Shown: piece after piece, positions 16,140-26,085 of the stretch
How positions within the stretch are numbered: position 1 is the first letter of the stretch
How the letters are laid out: every line of letters starts with the position of its first letter
From: an uncultured Desulfurococcaceae archaeon
GTDB lineage: Archaea; Thermoproteota; Thermoprotei_A; Sulfolobales; AG1
Assembly: GCA_964517475.1 (NCBI GenBank)
Contig: CAZFDB010000001.1
Span: 1-26,479 of the forward strand
Direction: 5' to 3'
Length of the DNA stretch: 26,479 nt
Translations under genes and position numbers: made by a program
Notes under the pieces: model-generated
Told to the model about the DNA's origin: nothing
Seen by the model: the letters and a program-made list of their open reading frames with translations, nothing else
Databases searched by the model: none

Positions 16140-16281
16140 TAAAACTACTCAGTAATACACTCATATCTTTTTCAATTTATATGAATATATGAAATTCCAA
16201 CCTCACTATTCGATTTGTTCTGGATATTATTTTTATACTTTCCTAAACAAGTTTTAGTATAAGGGAATTATCACTTCCCAC

Positions 16282-17637
16282 ATGATATACAGCCCATGTG
16301 TCTTTGATTTAAGATACGGCTCAGATGAAATGAGGAAAATATTTAGCTATGCTAATATAATTGGAAAATATATTCTTGTTGAAAAATCACTGGTAAAGGC
16401 TCTCGGAAAAACTGGTTTTATTGATAATAAATGCTTAGAGAGTCTTGAACAATGCTTAGATAAAATAGATCTAGAGATGATATCTGGAGAAGTTATCGAG
16501 ACTGAAAAGATAGTAGGACACGAGATCACAGCATTAATCTATGTACTCGAGAAGAGATGCGGATCCTGCGGCAGGTATATACATTTCGGAGCTACTAGCA
16601 ACGATATCATAGATACCTCCTGGGCATTAATTATCAGAGAAGCTCTTGGGTTAATTAAGAAGAAATTAAGTTATATGATTCATAGATTAATAGATCTTAT
16701 AGATCTATATGGGAATTACTTAATGATAGGAAGAACACATGGGCAACACGCCCTACCTATCACACTAGGATTTAAGTTGTCTAACTACATTTACGAGCTT
16801 GCGAGAAGCTACGAGAGATTATGCGAGACTGAGAGAAGAGTTGTGAGAGGAAAAATGTCGGGGGCTGTGGGTACAATGGCTGGTTGGGGAAGATCTGGAT
16901 TATTGATTGAGAGAGAATCATTGAAAGAGCTTGATCTAGAACCTCATCTAATATCTACTCAGATAGCTCCTAGAGATGGTTTTGCTGAAGTATCTTTGGT
17001 GTTAGCTATATTAGCCTCGCAATTAGATAGATTTGCTCTAGAAGTAAGAGAACTTAGTAGACCTGAGATAAACGAGATCTATGAAACAATTAAGAGAATT
17101 GGTAGTAGCACTATGCCTCATAAAAGAAATCCTGTTACAGCTGAGAGGATCTCGGGATTAGCTAGAGCAACAAGATCCTTAGCATCTTCATTCTTAGAGA
17201 ATATTGTTCTTATGCATGAAAGAGATCTTAGTAACAGTAGTTTTGAGAGATACTCTATACCGCATCTATTTCTACTAATCGATCAGATATTAATTGATAT
17301 GCAGAATCTGCTGAGTAACATATGGTTTAATAAAGAATCAATGATTAGGAACCTGGAATCATCTAAGAAGACTGTATTGAGTGAAAGGATCCTTTTAGAA
17401 CTAATTAGGAGAGGGGCCTCAAGAATAGAAGCTCATCAAAGATTATCTAAACTATCCAGAGAATCCTTAGAGAAAAACATTTCTTTTGAAGAGGTTCTGG
17501 AGAAAGATGATTACGTAACAAAATACTTAAGTAAAGAAGAGATCAAAGCATTACTCAATTACGATTACCTAGGCTCATACAAAGAATTAATAGATCGAAC
17601 AATAAATTACGCGAAGAAAACCCTGGGTAATTGCTGA
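16282..17637 (+). CDS. purB: Adenylosuccinate lyase
   Basis: HFGATSNDI, GRTHGQHA and the GSSTMPHKRNP fumarate-lyase signature. Confidence 0.95.
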   Translation: MIYSPCVFDLRYGSDEMRKIFSYANIIGKYILVEKSLVKALGKTGFIDNKCLESLEQCLDKIDLEMISGEVIETEKIVGHEITALIYVLEKRCGSCGRYIHFGATSNDIIDTSWALIIREALGLIKKKLSYMIHRLIDLIDLYGNYLMIGRTHGQHALPITLGFKLSNYIYELARSYERLCETERRVVRGKMSGAVGTMAGWGRSGLLIERESLKELDLEPHLISTQIAPRDGFAEVSLVLAILASQLDRFALEVRELSRPEINEIYETIKRIGSSTMPHKRNPVTAERISGLARATRSLASSFLENIVLMHERDLSNSSFERYSIPHLFLLIDQILIDMQNLLSNIWFNKESMIRNLESSKKTVLSERILLELIRRGASRIEAHQRLSKLSRESLEKNISFEEVLEKDDYVTKYLSKEEIKALLNYDYLGSYKELIDRTINYAKKTLGNC

Positions 17638-17638
17638 G

Positions 17639-18667
17639 GTGGCCGAGTTGCCGTTAACAATAATTGTCGGAGGATTCTTCGGAGATGAAGGGAAGGGTAA
17701 AATATGCGGCTACTTAGCCTTAGCAGATAATCCAGACATAGCTGTTAGAGGAGGATCCGTAAATGCTGGACACACAGTTATTTATGACAATAAGCAGTGG
17801 AGACTTAGGATAATACCATCATTCTTTATTAATAAGAGGACAAGATTATTCATAGCCTCAGGAGCCTTAGTAAGACTAGATGTATTATTCAGTGAAATAG
17901 AAGAGACCGGGACTAGAGGCAGAGTATTTGTTGATAAGAATACTGGTGTTATCGAAGATATTCATGTGAAAGAGGAGAGAGAAGATCATTACCTCGCAAA
18001 AACAGTGGGATCCACGCTACAAGGTGTTGGAGCCGCGATGAGGGATAGAGTGATGAGGAGATTAAGGACAGCTAAGGATTTCCAGGAGTTGAGAGAGATG
18101 ATAATTGATGTTAGTGAAGAAGTTATTGAGGCTCTAGACAAAGGTGAGAGGATATATATTGAGGGTACTCAAGGAACATTTCTTAGTCTTTATCATGGGA
18201 CATACCCATATGTGACTAGTAGAGACACAACAGCCTCCGGATTCGCCTCTGAAGTAGGTGTAGGTCCTAAAAGAATTGATGATGTAATCGTGGTATTCAA
18301 ATCATATGTGACACGTGTAGGAGAAGGTCCGCTACCAAATGAATATACGTTAGAAGAAATTATGAGAAAAGGATTGTTAGAGAGAGGATCTGTTACAGGG
18401 AGAATTAGAAGAGTAGCGCCATTCAATATAGAGTTGGCTAAGAAATCAATAGCTATAAACTCTGCTACCCAGATCGCGATAACTAAATTAGATGTATTAT
18501 TCCCAGACAACCGTGGCGTTAGAGAATGGAGTAAGTTGAGTAGCGAGGCTAGAAAATGGATTGAGGATCTAGAGAATTATCTCAAGACACCTATCACAAT
18601 TATTGGAACTGGAGAGGATATCAAAGCAACAATTGATCGGAGAAGAGAGTTGGGGTTGTTGAAATGA
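17639..18667 (+). CDS. purA: Adenylosuccinate synthetase (short archaeal type)
   Basis: GGFFGDEGKGK, NAGHTV, EGTQGT, GTYPYVTS and TKLD. GTG start. Confidence 0.95.
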   Translation: MAELPLTIIVGGFFGDEGKGKICGYLALADNPDIAVRGGSVNAGHTVIYDNKQWRLRIIPSFFINKRTRLFIASGALVRLDVLFSEIEETGTRGRVFVDKNTGVIEDIHVKEEREDHYLAKTVGSTLQGVGAAMRDRVMRRLRTAKDFQELREMIIDVSEEVIEALDKGERIYIEGTQGTFLSLYHGTYPYVTSRDTTASGFASEVGVGPKRIDDVIVVFKSYVTRVGEGPLPNEYTLEEIMRKGLLERGSVTGRIRRVAPFNIELAKKSIAINSATQIAITKLDVLFPDNRGVREWSKLSSEARKWIEDLENYLKTPITIIGTGEDIKATIDRRRELGLLK

Positions 18668-20106
18668 GTAGGTATTATGATGTAGTCATAGTAGGTGCTG
18701 GACCAGCAGGATTGTTTGCAGCGTATGAATTAGTCCTCAGATCAAATAATAAGAAGATAAGGGTAGCGATAATTGACAAGGGTGCACGAGCGATCCATAG
18801 AAGATGTCCTATGATGGATCTTGTTAAGAAAGCTAGGGTGATTGAGTGTGTTAATTGTAGACCTTGTCACATAATGCATGGTTTAGGTGGGGCGGGAGCC
18901 TTGAGTAGCGGGATCATAAATTTGAGACCTGATGTAGGCGGGGACCTAGATAAACTTTTGGGTAGTTGGGAAGAGGCATATGAACTTATTAAATACATAG
19001 ATTCTGTCTTCGTGAGTTTCGGAGCTCCGAATAATATATATAGAGTAGATGAAGAGACAGCTTCAGAACTAGAACGATTAGCAGCTAAGGCAGGAGCTAA
19101 GTTTATACCTACTCCACAGAGACATATAGGTTCAGAGAATACTCCTCAGGTAATAGAAAGATTAACGGAGTATTTGGAGAAGAGTAATGTGTCCATTTAC
19201 ACATATACTGAAGCCGTGGATATTACTTATGAAAACAATAGATTCTTCAAAATTATCACTACTAGAGGAGAGGTTTATGGAGAATACATTGTTTTGGCTC
19301 CTGGGAGAAGTGGTTCTTCTTGGTTAGCGGAGATTTCTAGGAGGATCGGTATTGAGATTGTTCCAGGACCACTAGACATAGGTGTGAGGATCGAGGTTCC
19401 ATCATATGTCACTGAACCTATAACTAAGATTATCAGGGATCCTAAAATAATAATGTATACAAAAACCTATGATGATATGGTGAGAACATTCTGTACAAAT
19501 CCTAATGGTTTTGTTGTTGAGGAGAAATATGATGATGGTACAGTAGGTGTTAATGGGGAGAGCTACACTAGTATTAGATCAAAAAATACTAATTTTGCTC
19601 TTCTAGCAACAATTAAATTAACAGATCCCTTAGAAGATACGATAGCATATGGGAAACACATATCTATGCTAACCACCAAATTAGGTGGTGGAAAACCTAT
19701 TATTCAGAGACTAGGGGATTTAATAGCTGGTAGAAGAAGTACTTGGTATAGAATAGATCGAAGCACCGTGGAACCTACTCTAAAAACAGTTACTCCAGGA
19801 GACATAAGTATGGCGTATCCCTACAGAGTAGTTGCGAATATTATTGAGGCTCTTGAGAGATTAGATACCTTAATGCCCGGGGTAGCATCACATCAAACAC
19901 TACTCTATGCACCGGAAATAAAATTCTATAGCGTTAAAGTTGTTGTGAATAAAGATTTAGAGACAGCGAGAGAGAAAATATTTGTAGCTGGAGATGGTGC
20001 AGGGCTCTCTAGAGGAATAAATGTTGCGGCTGCTACCGGGGTATTAGCCGCTAGAGGAATATTAAAGAAACTTGGAATCGATTTTGAGAAGAGTTTCTTC
20101 TCATAA
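18664..20106 (+). CDS. Uncharacterised FAD-dependent oxidoreductase (COG2509-like) with N-terminal Cys cluster
   Basis: DVVIVGAGPAG Rossmann motif, RCP...CVNCRPC, VRTFCTNP.G.V and AGDGAGLSRGI. ATGA overlap with purA. Confidence 0.85.
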   Translation: MSRYYDVVIVGAGPAGLFAAYELVLRSNNKKIRVAIIDKGARAIHRRCPMMDLVKKARVIECVNCRPCHIMHGLGGAGALSSGIINLRPDVGGDLDKLLGSWEEAYELIKYIDSVFVSFGAPNNIYRVDEETASELERLAAKAGAKFIPTPQRHIGSENTPQVIERLTEYLEKSNVSIYTYTEAVDITYENNRFFKIITTRGEVYGEYIVLAPGRSGSSWLAEISRRIGIEIVPGPLDIGVRIEVPSYVTEPITKIIRDPKIIMYTKTYDDMVRTFCTNPNGFVVEEKYDDGTVGVNGESYTSIRSKNTNFALLATIKLTDPLEDTIAYGKHISMLTTKLGGGKPIIQRLGDLIAGRRSTWYRIDRSTVEPTLKTVTPGDISMAYPYRVVANIIEALERLDTLMPGVASHQTLLYAPEIKFYSVKVVVNKDLETAREKIFVAGDGAGLSRGINVAAATGVLAARGILKKLGIDFEKSFFS

Positions 20107-20146
20107 TAATTCTTAATTTTATTTTCTGTGACAATTATTTCGTGGA

Positions 20147-20455
20147 TTGATTGATGTGGCTCAATCTCTCAGAGATCTTGTTAAGAGGAGTATTGCTCTA
20201 TCCATGATCAATTTTGATGAGAGAGATCTCGATAACTTCATCATTGAATTATCTCATTTAATGGATCTTGTGAAGAGACTTGATGAGATTAATCTAGAGA
20301 ATATTGAGCCGCTATTCTATATCTGGGAGGAGCATGGTTCTTTGAGAGAAGATGAGGTGGAGGAGAGAGGTGATGAAATGATTCATTGGTTGGGAAAGAG
20401 CAGCTTGGTTGAGAATAGATTTGTTAAAGGACCCAGGACCTTGGAGGAGAAGTAG
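20147..20455 (+). CDS. gatC: Asp/Glu-tRNA amidotransferase subunit C
   Basis: About 100-aa acidic protein immediately upstream of gatA, with LDEINLENIEPL..LREDEV and FVKGPR. Confidence 0.82.
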   Translation: MIDVAQSLRDLVKRSIALSMINFDERDLDNFIIELSHLMDLVKRLDEINLENIEPLFYIWEEHGSLREDEVEERGDEMIHWLGKSSLVENRFVKGPRTLEEK

Positions 20456-20456
20456 T

Positions 20457-21905
20457 ATGAGGAGAGTTAAGGGGTTGTATGAGATTATAAATGATTTTAG
20501 GAATGATCCTAGTGAGGTTGAGGAGGAGGTTCACAGGATCTATGAGAGAATTATGAGATACGAAGATCTGCTCCACGCATACGTTACTCTGAAACCATTG
20601 GAGAAAGTATTAGAGGAGGTAAGATCTGTTCAGAAAATAAATAGTTTCTTAAGCGGAGCTCTAGTAGCTGTTAAAGACAATATATCCACCAAGGATCTCA
20701 CAACAACATGCGCATCAAAAATGTTGGAGAATTACACACCTCCCTACGACGCAACTATTATAAAGAGGATCAGAGATGCCGGTGGAGTTATTATTGGGAA
20801 AACAAATTTAGATGAATTCGCTATGGGTTCATCAACAGAGACAAGCTTCTTCGGACCATCAAGAAATCCTTGGAACCCTGATCATGTACCTGGTGGGAGC
20901 TCAGGAGGATCAGCTGTTGCTGTCTCAGCATATATGGCTCATGTAGCTTTAGGAACAGATACTGGAGGATCTATTAGAAACCCTGCTTCATATACAGCTA
21001 TTATTGGTTTTAAACCCACATATGGTTTCGTGAGTAGATTTGGTATTATAGCCTATGCATCATCCCTGGATCAAGCTGGTCCTATGGGGAGAAACACTCT
21101 TGATATAGCTGTTATGATGGACATTATATCTGGGAAAGATCCTTTAGATGCAACAACAATTAATCATGGTATAAGAAGCTTCAGGGAGGTTATTGAGAAG
21201 ATCACTCCTGATTACATTAAGGGTAAGAGAGTTATTCTACTAAAGGAGATGTGGAGTAGCATTGATAGAGACGTTGCAAATACACTAAGCGATTACCTAA
21301 ATAAATTATCCTCTGAAGGACTAGTGATTGAAGAAAGATCTTTGCCAGAGATATCCTACGCGTTATCAGCATATTACACAATAGCGACTGCTGAGGCTAG
21401 TTCTAATCTAGCTAGGTTCCAAGGCATATTATATGGTTTAAGAAAAGATCTTGAGAATAAGCATTGGTCTGAATATATCTCAATGATAAGATCAGAGGGA
21501 TTCGGTAAGGAGGTTAAGAAGAGAATTATTATCGGATCACATGTTTTGAGCGCAGCCTACTACGACCAGTATTATTTGAAGGCTCTTAAGCTAAGAAGAG
21601 TTTTGAGGAATAAAATAAGAGAATTATTAAGAGACGCTGTCGCAGTTGTTTCTCCAACAACGCCTTTCACAGCTCCTAGACTAGGTGAAGCTATAAAAGA
21701 TCCTTTAAAACTATACATAGCGGATCTAGAAACCGTTGTAGCTAACCTAATCGGTGGACCAGCTATTAGTATACCTGCTGGATTCATAAATGGTCTTCCT
21801 ATAGGGATCCAATTCTTCTCTTACCAAGGAAGAGATCTCGATATATTATCAATTGCCAGAGCATCGGAGCTTGCAACTGGGTTATACAACATAGCTCCTC
21901 TTTAA
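20457..21905 (+). CDS. gatA: Asp/Glu-tRNA amidotransferase subunit A
   Basis: Amidase signature (VAVKDNI, GKTNLDEFAMGSS, PGGSSGGSA, LGTDTGGSIRNPA). Start reassigned to ATG 20457, which follows GGAGGA and the gatC stop. Confidence 0.95.
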   Translation: MRRVKGLYEIINDFRNDPSEVEEEVHRIYERIMRYEDLLHAYVTLKPLEKVLEEVRSVQKINSFLSGALVAVKDNISTKDLTTTCASKMLENYTPPYDATIIKRIRDAGGVIIGKTNLDEFAMGSSTETSFFGPSRNPWNPDHVPGGSSGGSAVAVSAYMAHVALGTDTGGSIRNPASYTAIIGFKPTYGFVSRFGIIAYASSLDQAGPMGRNTLDIAVMMDIISGKDPLDATTINHGIRSFREVIEKITPDYIKGKRVILLKEMWSSIDRDVANTLSDYLNKLSSEGLVIEERSLPEISYALSAYYTIATAEASSNLARFQGILYGLRKDLENKHWSEYISMIRSEGFGKEVKKRIIIGSHVLSAAYYDQYYLKALKLRRVLRNKIRELLRDAVAVVSPTTPFTAPRLGEAIKDPLKLYIADLETVVANLIGGPAISIPAGFINGLPIGIQFFSYQGRDLDILSIARASELATGLYNIAPL

Positions 21906-21966
21906 ATTAAATATTATTAAATACTTATTAGACGCATCAAACCCTTTATAATCCGAGGAGTATGGT

Positions 21967-23412
21967 ATGAGTGTTAGTGATGTAGTAATTGGTTTAGAGA
22001 TCCATCTTCAGGTTACTAGCTCAAAAACCAAGATGTTCTGCTCATGCTCAAGCGACTACAGAAATTCTCCGCCGAACACCAATATATGCCCAGTATGTCT
22101 AGGTTTACCAGGTGTTCTTCCCAGACCTAATAAATATGTTATTGAGAAAGCATTGCAACTAGCTATTGTATTAGGCTCCGAGATCAGTCAGGATCTTGTT
22201 TTTGTTAGAAAACATTATTTCTACCCAGATCTTCCTAAGGGCTACCAAATATCTCAGTTCAGCATAGGTAGATACACAGCCCTTGCCAAAGGAGGTTTCC
22301 TAGAGATCTCTTCAAGAGGTGGTAGGAAGATTATTAGGATTAGAAGAGTTAATATTGAGGAGGATCCTGCCAAGATAATTTATCCTGAGAAAGATCCTTG
22401 GAAAAGCCCGTATGTTCTTATTGACTACAATAGATCTGGTATACCACTTATAGAGATAGCTACGGAGCCGGATATGGAGAGTGCTGAGGATGCTGTAGCT
22501 TTTGTTGAGAAACTACTTGAATTAGCTGATCATCTCGATATAACAGATCCATCATTAGAAGGATCTTTTAGAGTAGACGCCAATATATCACTTAGAGGTG
22601 GTGAGAGAGTTGAGATAAAGAATATTGGTTCTTTAAAAGATCTTGGTAAAGCAATTAATTTCGAGATAATTAGACAGAGAAGACTTCGAGAGATCGGTGA
22701 GAAGATTGTTAGAGAAACCAGGCACTGGGATCCTTTGAGAGGAGCAACAGTCTCAGCTAGACATAAGGAATTTGAGGAGGAGTATAGATATATGCCTGAC
22801 CCCGATATACCTCCGGTTAAGATATCTGGTGAATACATAGAGAAGCTGAGAAACACGCTACCAGAACTTCCATGGGTTATGAGAAGAAGATTTGTTGAGA
22901 AATATGGCTTGACTGAGTATGAAGCCGGGGTAATAGTCTCTAGGAAGTGGTTAGCTAAATTCTTCGAGGAGACAGTTAAATTCTATGATAAACCTGATAA
23001 AGTAGCTGATTTACTAATAAATGATTTTCTGGGTAGAATAAATGAGGTTGGTGGTAGAATAGATCTTGTTAAGACGGAGCCTAGGCAAATAGCTGAGTTG
23101 CTAAGACTTCTCGATGAGAAGATTATTAGTGTTAAGATCCTTAAGGAGATACTTCCACGAGTAATATTTAATGGAGAGGATCCTGATAAAATCGTGAGAG
23201 AAATGGGTTTCACAGTTATTTCCGAGGATGCTTATTTGGAGGAGTTGGCCGAGAAGGTTATTAGAGAGAATCCTAAGGCTGTAGAGGATGTTAAGAGGAA
23301 TCCTAAGGCAATAAACTTCTTGGTTGGACAAGTAATGAGGCTCACCAGAGGAAGAGCTGATCCTGAGAAGATTAATAGGATTATTAGGAGAAAATTAGGA
23401 TTAGGCGTATAA
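21967..23412 (+). CDS. gatB: Asp/Glu-tRNA amidotransferase subunit B
   Basis: IGLEIHLQ, RKHYFYPDLPKGYQISQ, DYNRSGIPLIEI, YRYMPDPDIP and FLVGQVMR. Confidence 0.96.
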   Translation: MSVSDVVIGLEIHLQVTSSKTKMFCSCSSDYRNSPPNTNICPVCLGLPGVLPRPNKYVIEKALQLAIVLGSEISQDLVFVRKHYFYPDLPKGYQISQFSIGRYTALAKGGFLEISSRGGRKIIRIRRVNIEEDPAKIIYPEKDPWKSPYVLIDYNRSGIPLIEIATEPDMESAEDAVAFVEKLLELADHLDITDPSLEGSFRVDANISLRGGERVEIKNIGSLKDLGKAINFEIIRQRRLREIGEKIVRETRHWDPLRGATVSARHKEFEEEYRYMPDPDIPPVKISGEYIEKLRNTLPELPWVMRRRFVEKYGLTEYEAGVIVSRKWLAKFFEETVKFYDKPDKVADLLINDFLGRINEVGGRIDLVKTEPRQIAELLRLLDEKIISVKILKEILPRVIFNGEDPDKIVREMGFTVISEDAYLEELAEKVIRENPKAVEDVKRNPKAINFLVGQVMRLTRGRADPEKINRIIRRKLGLGV

Positions 23413-23417
23413 TTTCT

Positions 23418-24023
23418 ATGTGTAGAGTTATTGGCGTCTCGGGAACACCTGGTGTTGGTAAGAGCTATGTGGCTAGGAGAGTGGCTGAGAGATTAAATGT
23501 CTTGTACATAGATCTATCCTCCAAAGTTATTGAAGAGGAGCTTTACCAAGAATACGATGTTTCCCGCGACTCCTATGTAGCTGATCCTGATAAAGTGAAT
23601 ATGTTTATCGATAAATTATGTCGTGAGAGATTAGGTGAGTATATTGTTGTTGATAGTCACTATGCCGAGATCATAGATCCCTCCTATATCCACAGGATCT
23701 TTGTTCTAAGAGCAGATCCCGAGACCTTGGTAAGGAGATTATGTGGTAGGGGGTGGTCTTATGAGAAGATATTGGAGAATTTAGAAGCTGAGATCCTGGG
23801 GATCTCTCTATATAACGCGTTGGAGGAGCAGGATCCTTATAAAGTGTGCGAGATCTATGAGAAGGATCTTGATAAAGCTGTTGAGAAGATCCTGGGTATA
23901 ATTGAGGGTAGAGAGGAATGTGATTTACTCTATATAGACTGGGTAAATCTCCTTGAAAAAGAGTCTCCTAGTGAGCTTGTGAGGAGAATTTGTGAGGAGA
24001 CTAGATCTTCGAATTATAGCTAA
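23418..24023 (+). CDS. Fap7/AK6-type archaeal adenylate kinase
   Basis: GVSGTPGVGKS, VVDSHYAE, VLRADP...RGW..EKILENLEAEIL. Confidence 0.85.
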   Translation: MCRVIGVSGTPGVGKSYVARRVAERLNVLYIDLSSKVIEEELYQEYDVSRDSYVADPDKVNMFIDKLCRERLGEYIVVDSHYAEIIDPSYIHRIFVLRADPETLVRRLCGRGWSYEKILENLEAEILGISLYNALEEQDPYKVCEIYEKDLDKAVEKILGIIEGREECDLLYIDWVNLLEKESPSELVRRICEETRSSNYS

Positions 24024-25536
24024 GATTCGCGAAGAGGTATTTGAGGAGAGTATGGATGAGTTCTCTAAACCATCTAGACAAGATATATAGGATCGATGCG
24101 TATATTAGAAGAGATATTATTGATAGAGTAAATAGGATCGGTGTATCTCTGGTTATTGATAAAATCTCGATCTCCCAGGCTCCCGTGGCGATGAATATTA
24201 AGCTTGATATTGACGCGGATATTAACATATATATTATCTCGCGAAAATCTATTTCAAGGGATCTGTGCATAGATAATTCCTTAGTAAGATATGATATATA
24301 AGATAATGTTAAGATTAAGAGTAGTAGTGAGATCACGACAACAACTTGTGTGGCTGAGACATTAACTAGTTTTAGTTTCATAAATATAATTATTGAGTAG
24401 ATAAATGTTGCTAACCCAAAGATTAATGCTCTAGAGAAATTTATTAATTGGATCCTCCCAATAGATGTCTCAATTAATTCTCTCAATGATTTCGCAACAA
24501 GATCTCTTCTCTCAAGACCGTAGATGATGCCAGTGAAAACATTAGCTAATCCGCTCAAGAACCCTTCTATAACTACTAAGAAAATAACTGAGCTCATCTC
24601 AACATAATATGGGTTTAGGAGAGATACAAGTGGTTTTGATAGAACTATTGAGAATATGAGAACCGGTGAGGAGAATAGAAACACCATATAAATAACGTCT
24701 CTAGGAGAATACCTGATCTCCTCTAATAATTTGGCGTAGACCACTGATGCAGGGGTTGATGACACCTGCGCTACAATCCCTCTTATCGAGTATGCTACAC
24801 CGAGGTAAGAAACTGCTTGTGTTGCTTTTGCAACTAGTGTCATGAAGAATCTATCTGAGTTCCAGAGGAACCTGGCTAAAGAATCTATTAATCCGATAAC
24901 CGACATCTTCAAAAGAATCTTGATCTCTTTTATTATACCCTTGGTAGATATGATCAGTTGATTATTTCTCGAGAGTAGATAGAAGATGAATGTTGAGGAG
25001 ATAAGAGATGCGAGAGCCGGGGACACGATCGCTCCTGAGATCCCTGTCCCCAGAATCCTCACCAGTACAAAAGCTATCATGACCCGGGATAATTCAAAGA
25101 CTGTTGTTGATGATAAACCTATATCAGGTCTGAGAACATTAGCTAAGTTAACGGCTATACTCACCAGAGCATTAAAGATATTATTAACAATGAATAACAG
25201 AAGATATCTGTAGACGCCACCGAGAAGATCCTCTATATAGATCGAGGCAAAAAATAATGTTAATGAGGAAAATATCATATACACAATATTGAGAATCGTA
25301 GCCGCGACCAGAGATGATCTGATCCCTAGAGCGTATCTACGAGCAAAAGCCCATCCCCACAAATCATATCCTATAGAAATAATTGGGAGAATAGAGAATC
25401 CGAAGATCCAGACAGCGAATTCTTGAGGAGATAAGTATCTCACAACCAGGATCGTGAATAGAAATGCTGAGAAGAATCTTATGAGTAGAGAGGAGTATCC
25501 AACAATAATAGAGAAACGGACCCTGACCCTACTCAA
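24001..25536 (-). CDS. MOP/Wzx-like polysaccharide or lipid-linked glycan flippase, putative
   Basis: 511 aa with about 12-14 hydrophobic segments and a VRYLSPQEFAVW N-terminal pattern like Wzx-type exporters. TTG start. Confidence 0.6.
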   Translation of the reverse strand: MSRVRVRFSIIVGYSSLLIRFFSAFLFTILVVRYLSPQEFAVWIFGFSILPIISIGYDLWGWAFARRYALGIRSSLVAATILNIVYMIFSSLTLFFASIYIEDLLGGVYRYLLLFIVNNIFNALVSIAVNLANVLRPDIGLSSTTVFELSRVMIAFVLVRILGTGISGAIVSPALASLISSTFIFYLLSRNNQLIISTKGIIKEIKILLKMSVIGLIDSLARFLWNSDRFFMTLVAKATQAVSYLGVAYSIRGIVAQVSSTPASVVYAKLLEEIRYSPRDVIYMVFLFSSPVLIFSIVLSKPLVSLLNPYYVEMSSVIFLVVIEGFLSGLANVFTGIIYGLERRDLVAKSLRELIETSIGRIQLINFSRALIFGLATFIYSIIIFMKLKLVNVSATQVVVVISLLLLILTLSYISYLTKELSMHRSLEIDFREIIYMLISASISSLIFIATGAWEIEILSITRDTPILFTLSIISLLIYASILYILSRWFRELIHTLLKYLFANLSYNSKI

Positions 25537-25574
25537 CTATTCTCAAAGAATAATTTTGGTAGCACCAAGATAAA

Positions 25575-26018
25575 CTATTTCTCCTCAGCAACAACATATA
25601 TGTAGTAGGCACGCCCAGATAATGAGATTAGAGAAATTGTGTAGCCCACACCGGGACTAAGAGAACAGTTCTCGAACACGACAACAAGATCTTTTCTCTC
25701 ACCAGGTCTCAGAACATTACCGTCACCAAACACATTGGAAAGATCCTTTGAGAGGCATGAAAAAACCTCCTTAACAAAGATCTTTGTAAAAGATATATTA
25801 ATGGTACCACTATTCCTCATAGAAACACTGAAAATAACAGTATTATTACCACTAATAACTATTAACCTAGGATCCGAATAATCAAATTTCTCAATATACC
25901 CAGGATACACATTAGATAACCCATAGATCCATAGAAAAACAATAAAACCAATCACCACAACAACACTCATAAGAACAATGACAGAGATCAAAGAAGAAAT
26001 CGCAGCCCTAATCAACAA
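25575..26018 (-). CDS. Archaeal type IV pilin-like protein
   Basis: Class III-like N-terminus (IRAA-ISSLISVIVLMSVVVVIG...WIYG) and a beta-rich globular domain; full-length similarity to the upstream pilin. Confidence 0.78.
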   Translation of the reverse strand: MLIRAAISSLISVIVLMSVVVVIGFIVFLWIYGLSNVYPGYIEKFDYSDPRLIVISGNNTVIFSVSMRNSGTINISFTKIFVKEVFSCLSKDLSNVFGDGNVLRPGERKDLVVVFENCSLSPGVGYTISLISLSGRAYYIYVVAEEK

Positions 26019-26040
26019 AGACTAACCAAAATTTCATAAG

Positions 26041-26050
26041 GGAAAAAAGG
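26041..26050 (-). terminator. Possible oligo-T terminator after the upstream pilin
   Basis: CCTTTTTTCC on the minus strand about 36 nt after the stop at 26086. Confidence 0.3.
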
Positions 26051-26085
26051 TAATTTTATTTTTACCCTATCACCTTTTAACTATT

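Noticed and set aside
20409-20456. 16-codon N-terminal extension of gatA given by the ORF track
   Set aside because: It overlaps gatC. ATG 20457 has a GGAGGA RBS and follows the gatC stop by 1 nt.
6142-23331. Remaining short opposite-strand ORFs in the track (6142, 8921, 9548, 9944, 10621, 12257, 15131, 15967, 16347, 18193, 21572, 22530, 22983, 23101)
   Set aside because: All lie wholly or almost wholly antisense to well-supported genes and show no recognisable motif.
24041-25213. Plus-strand ORFs 24041-24301 and 24986-25213
   Set aside because: Antisense to the flippase-like gene, with the Ile/Asn/Asp bias expected from reversing hydrophobic codons.
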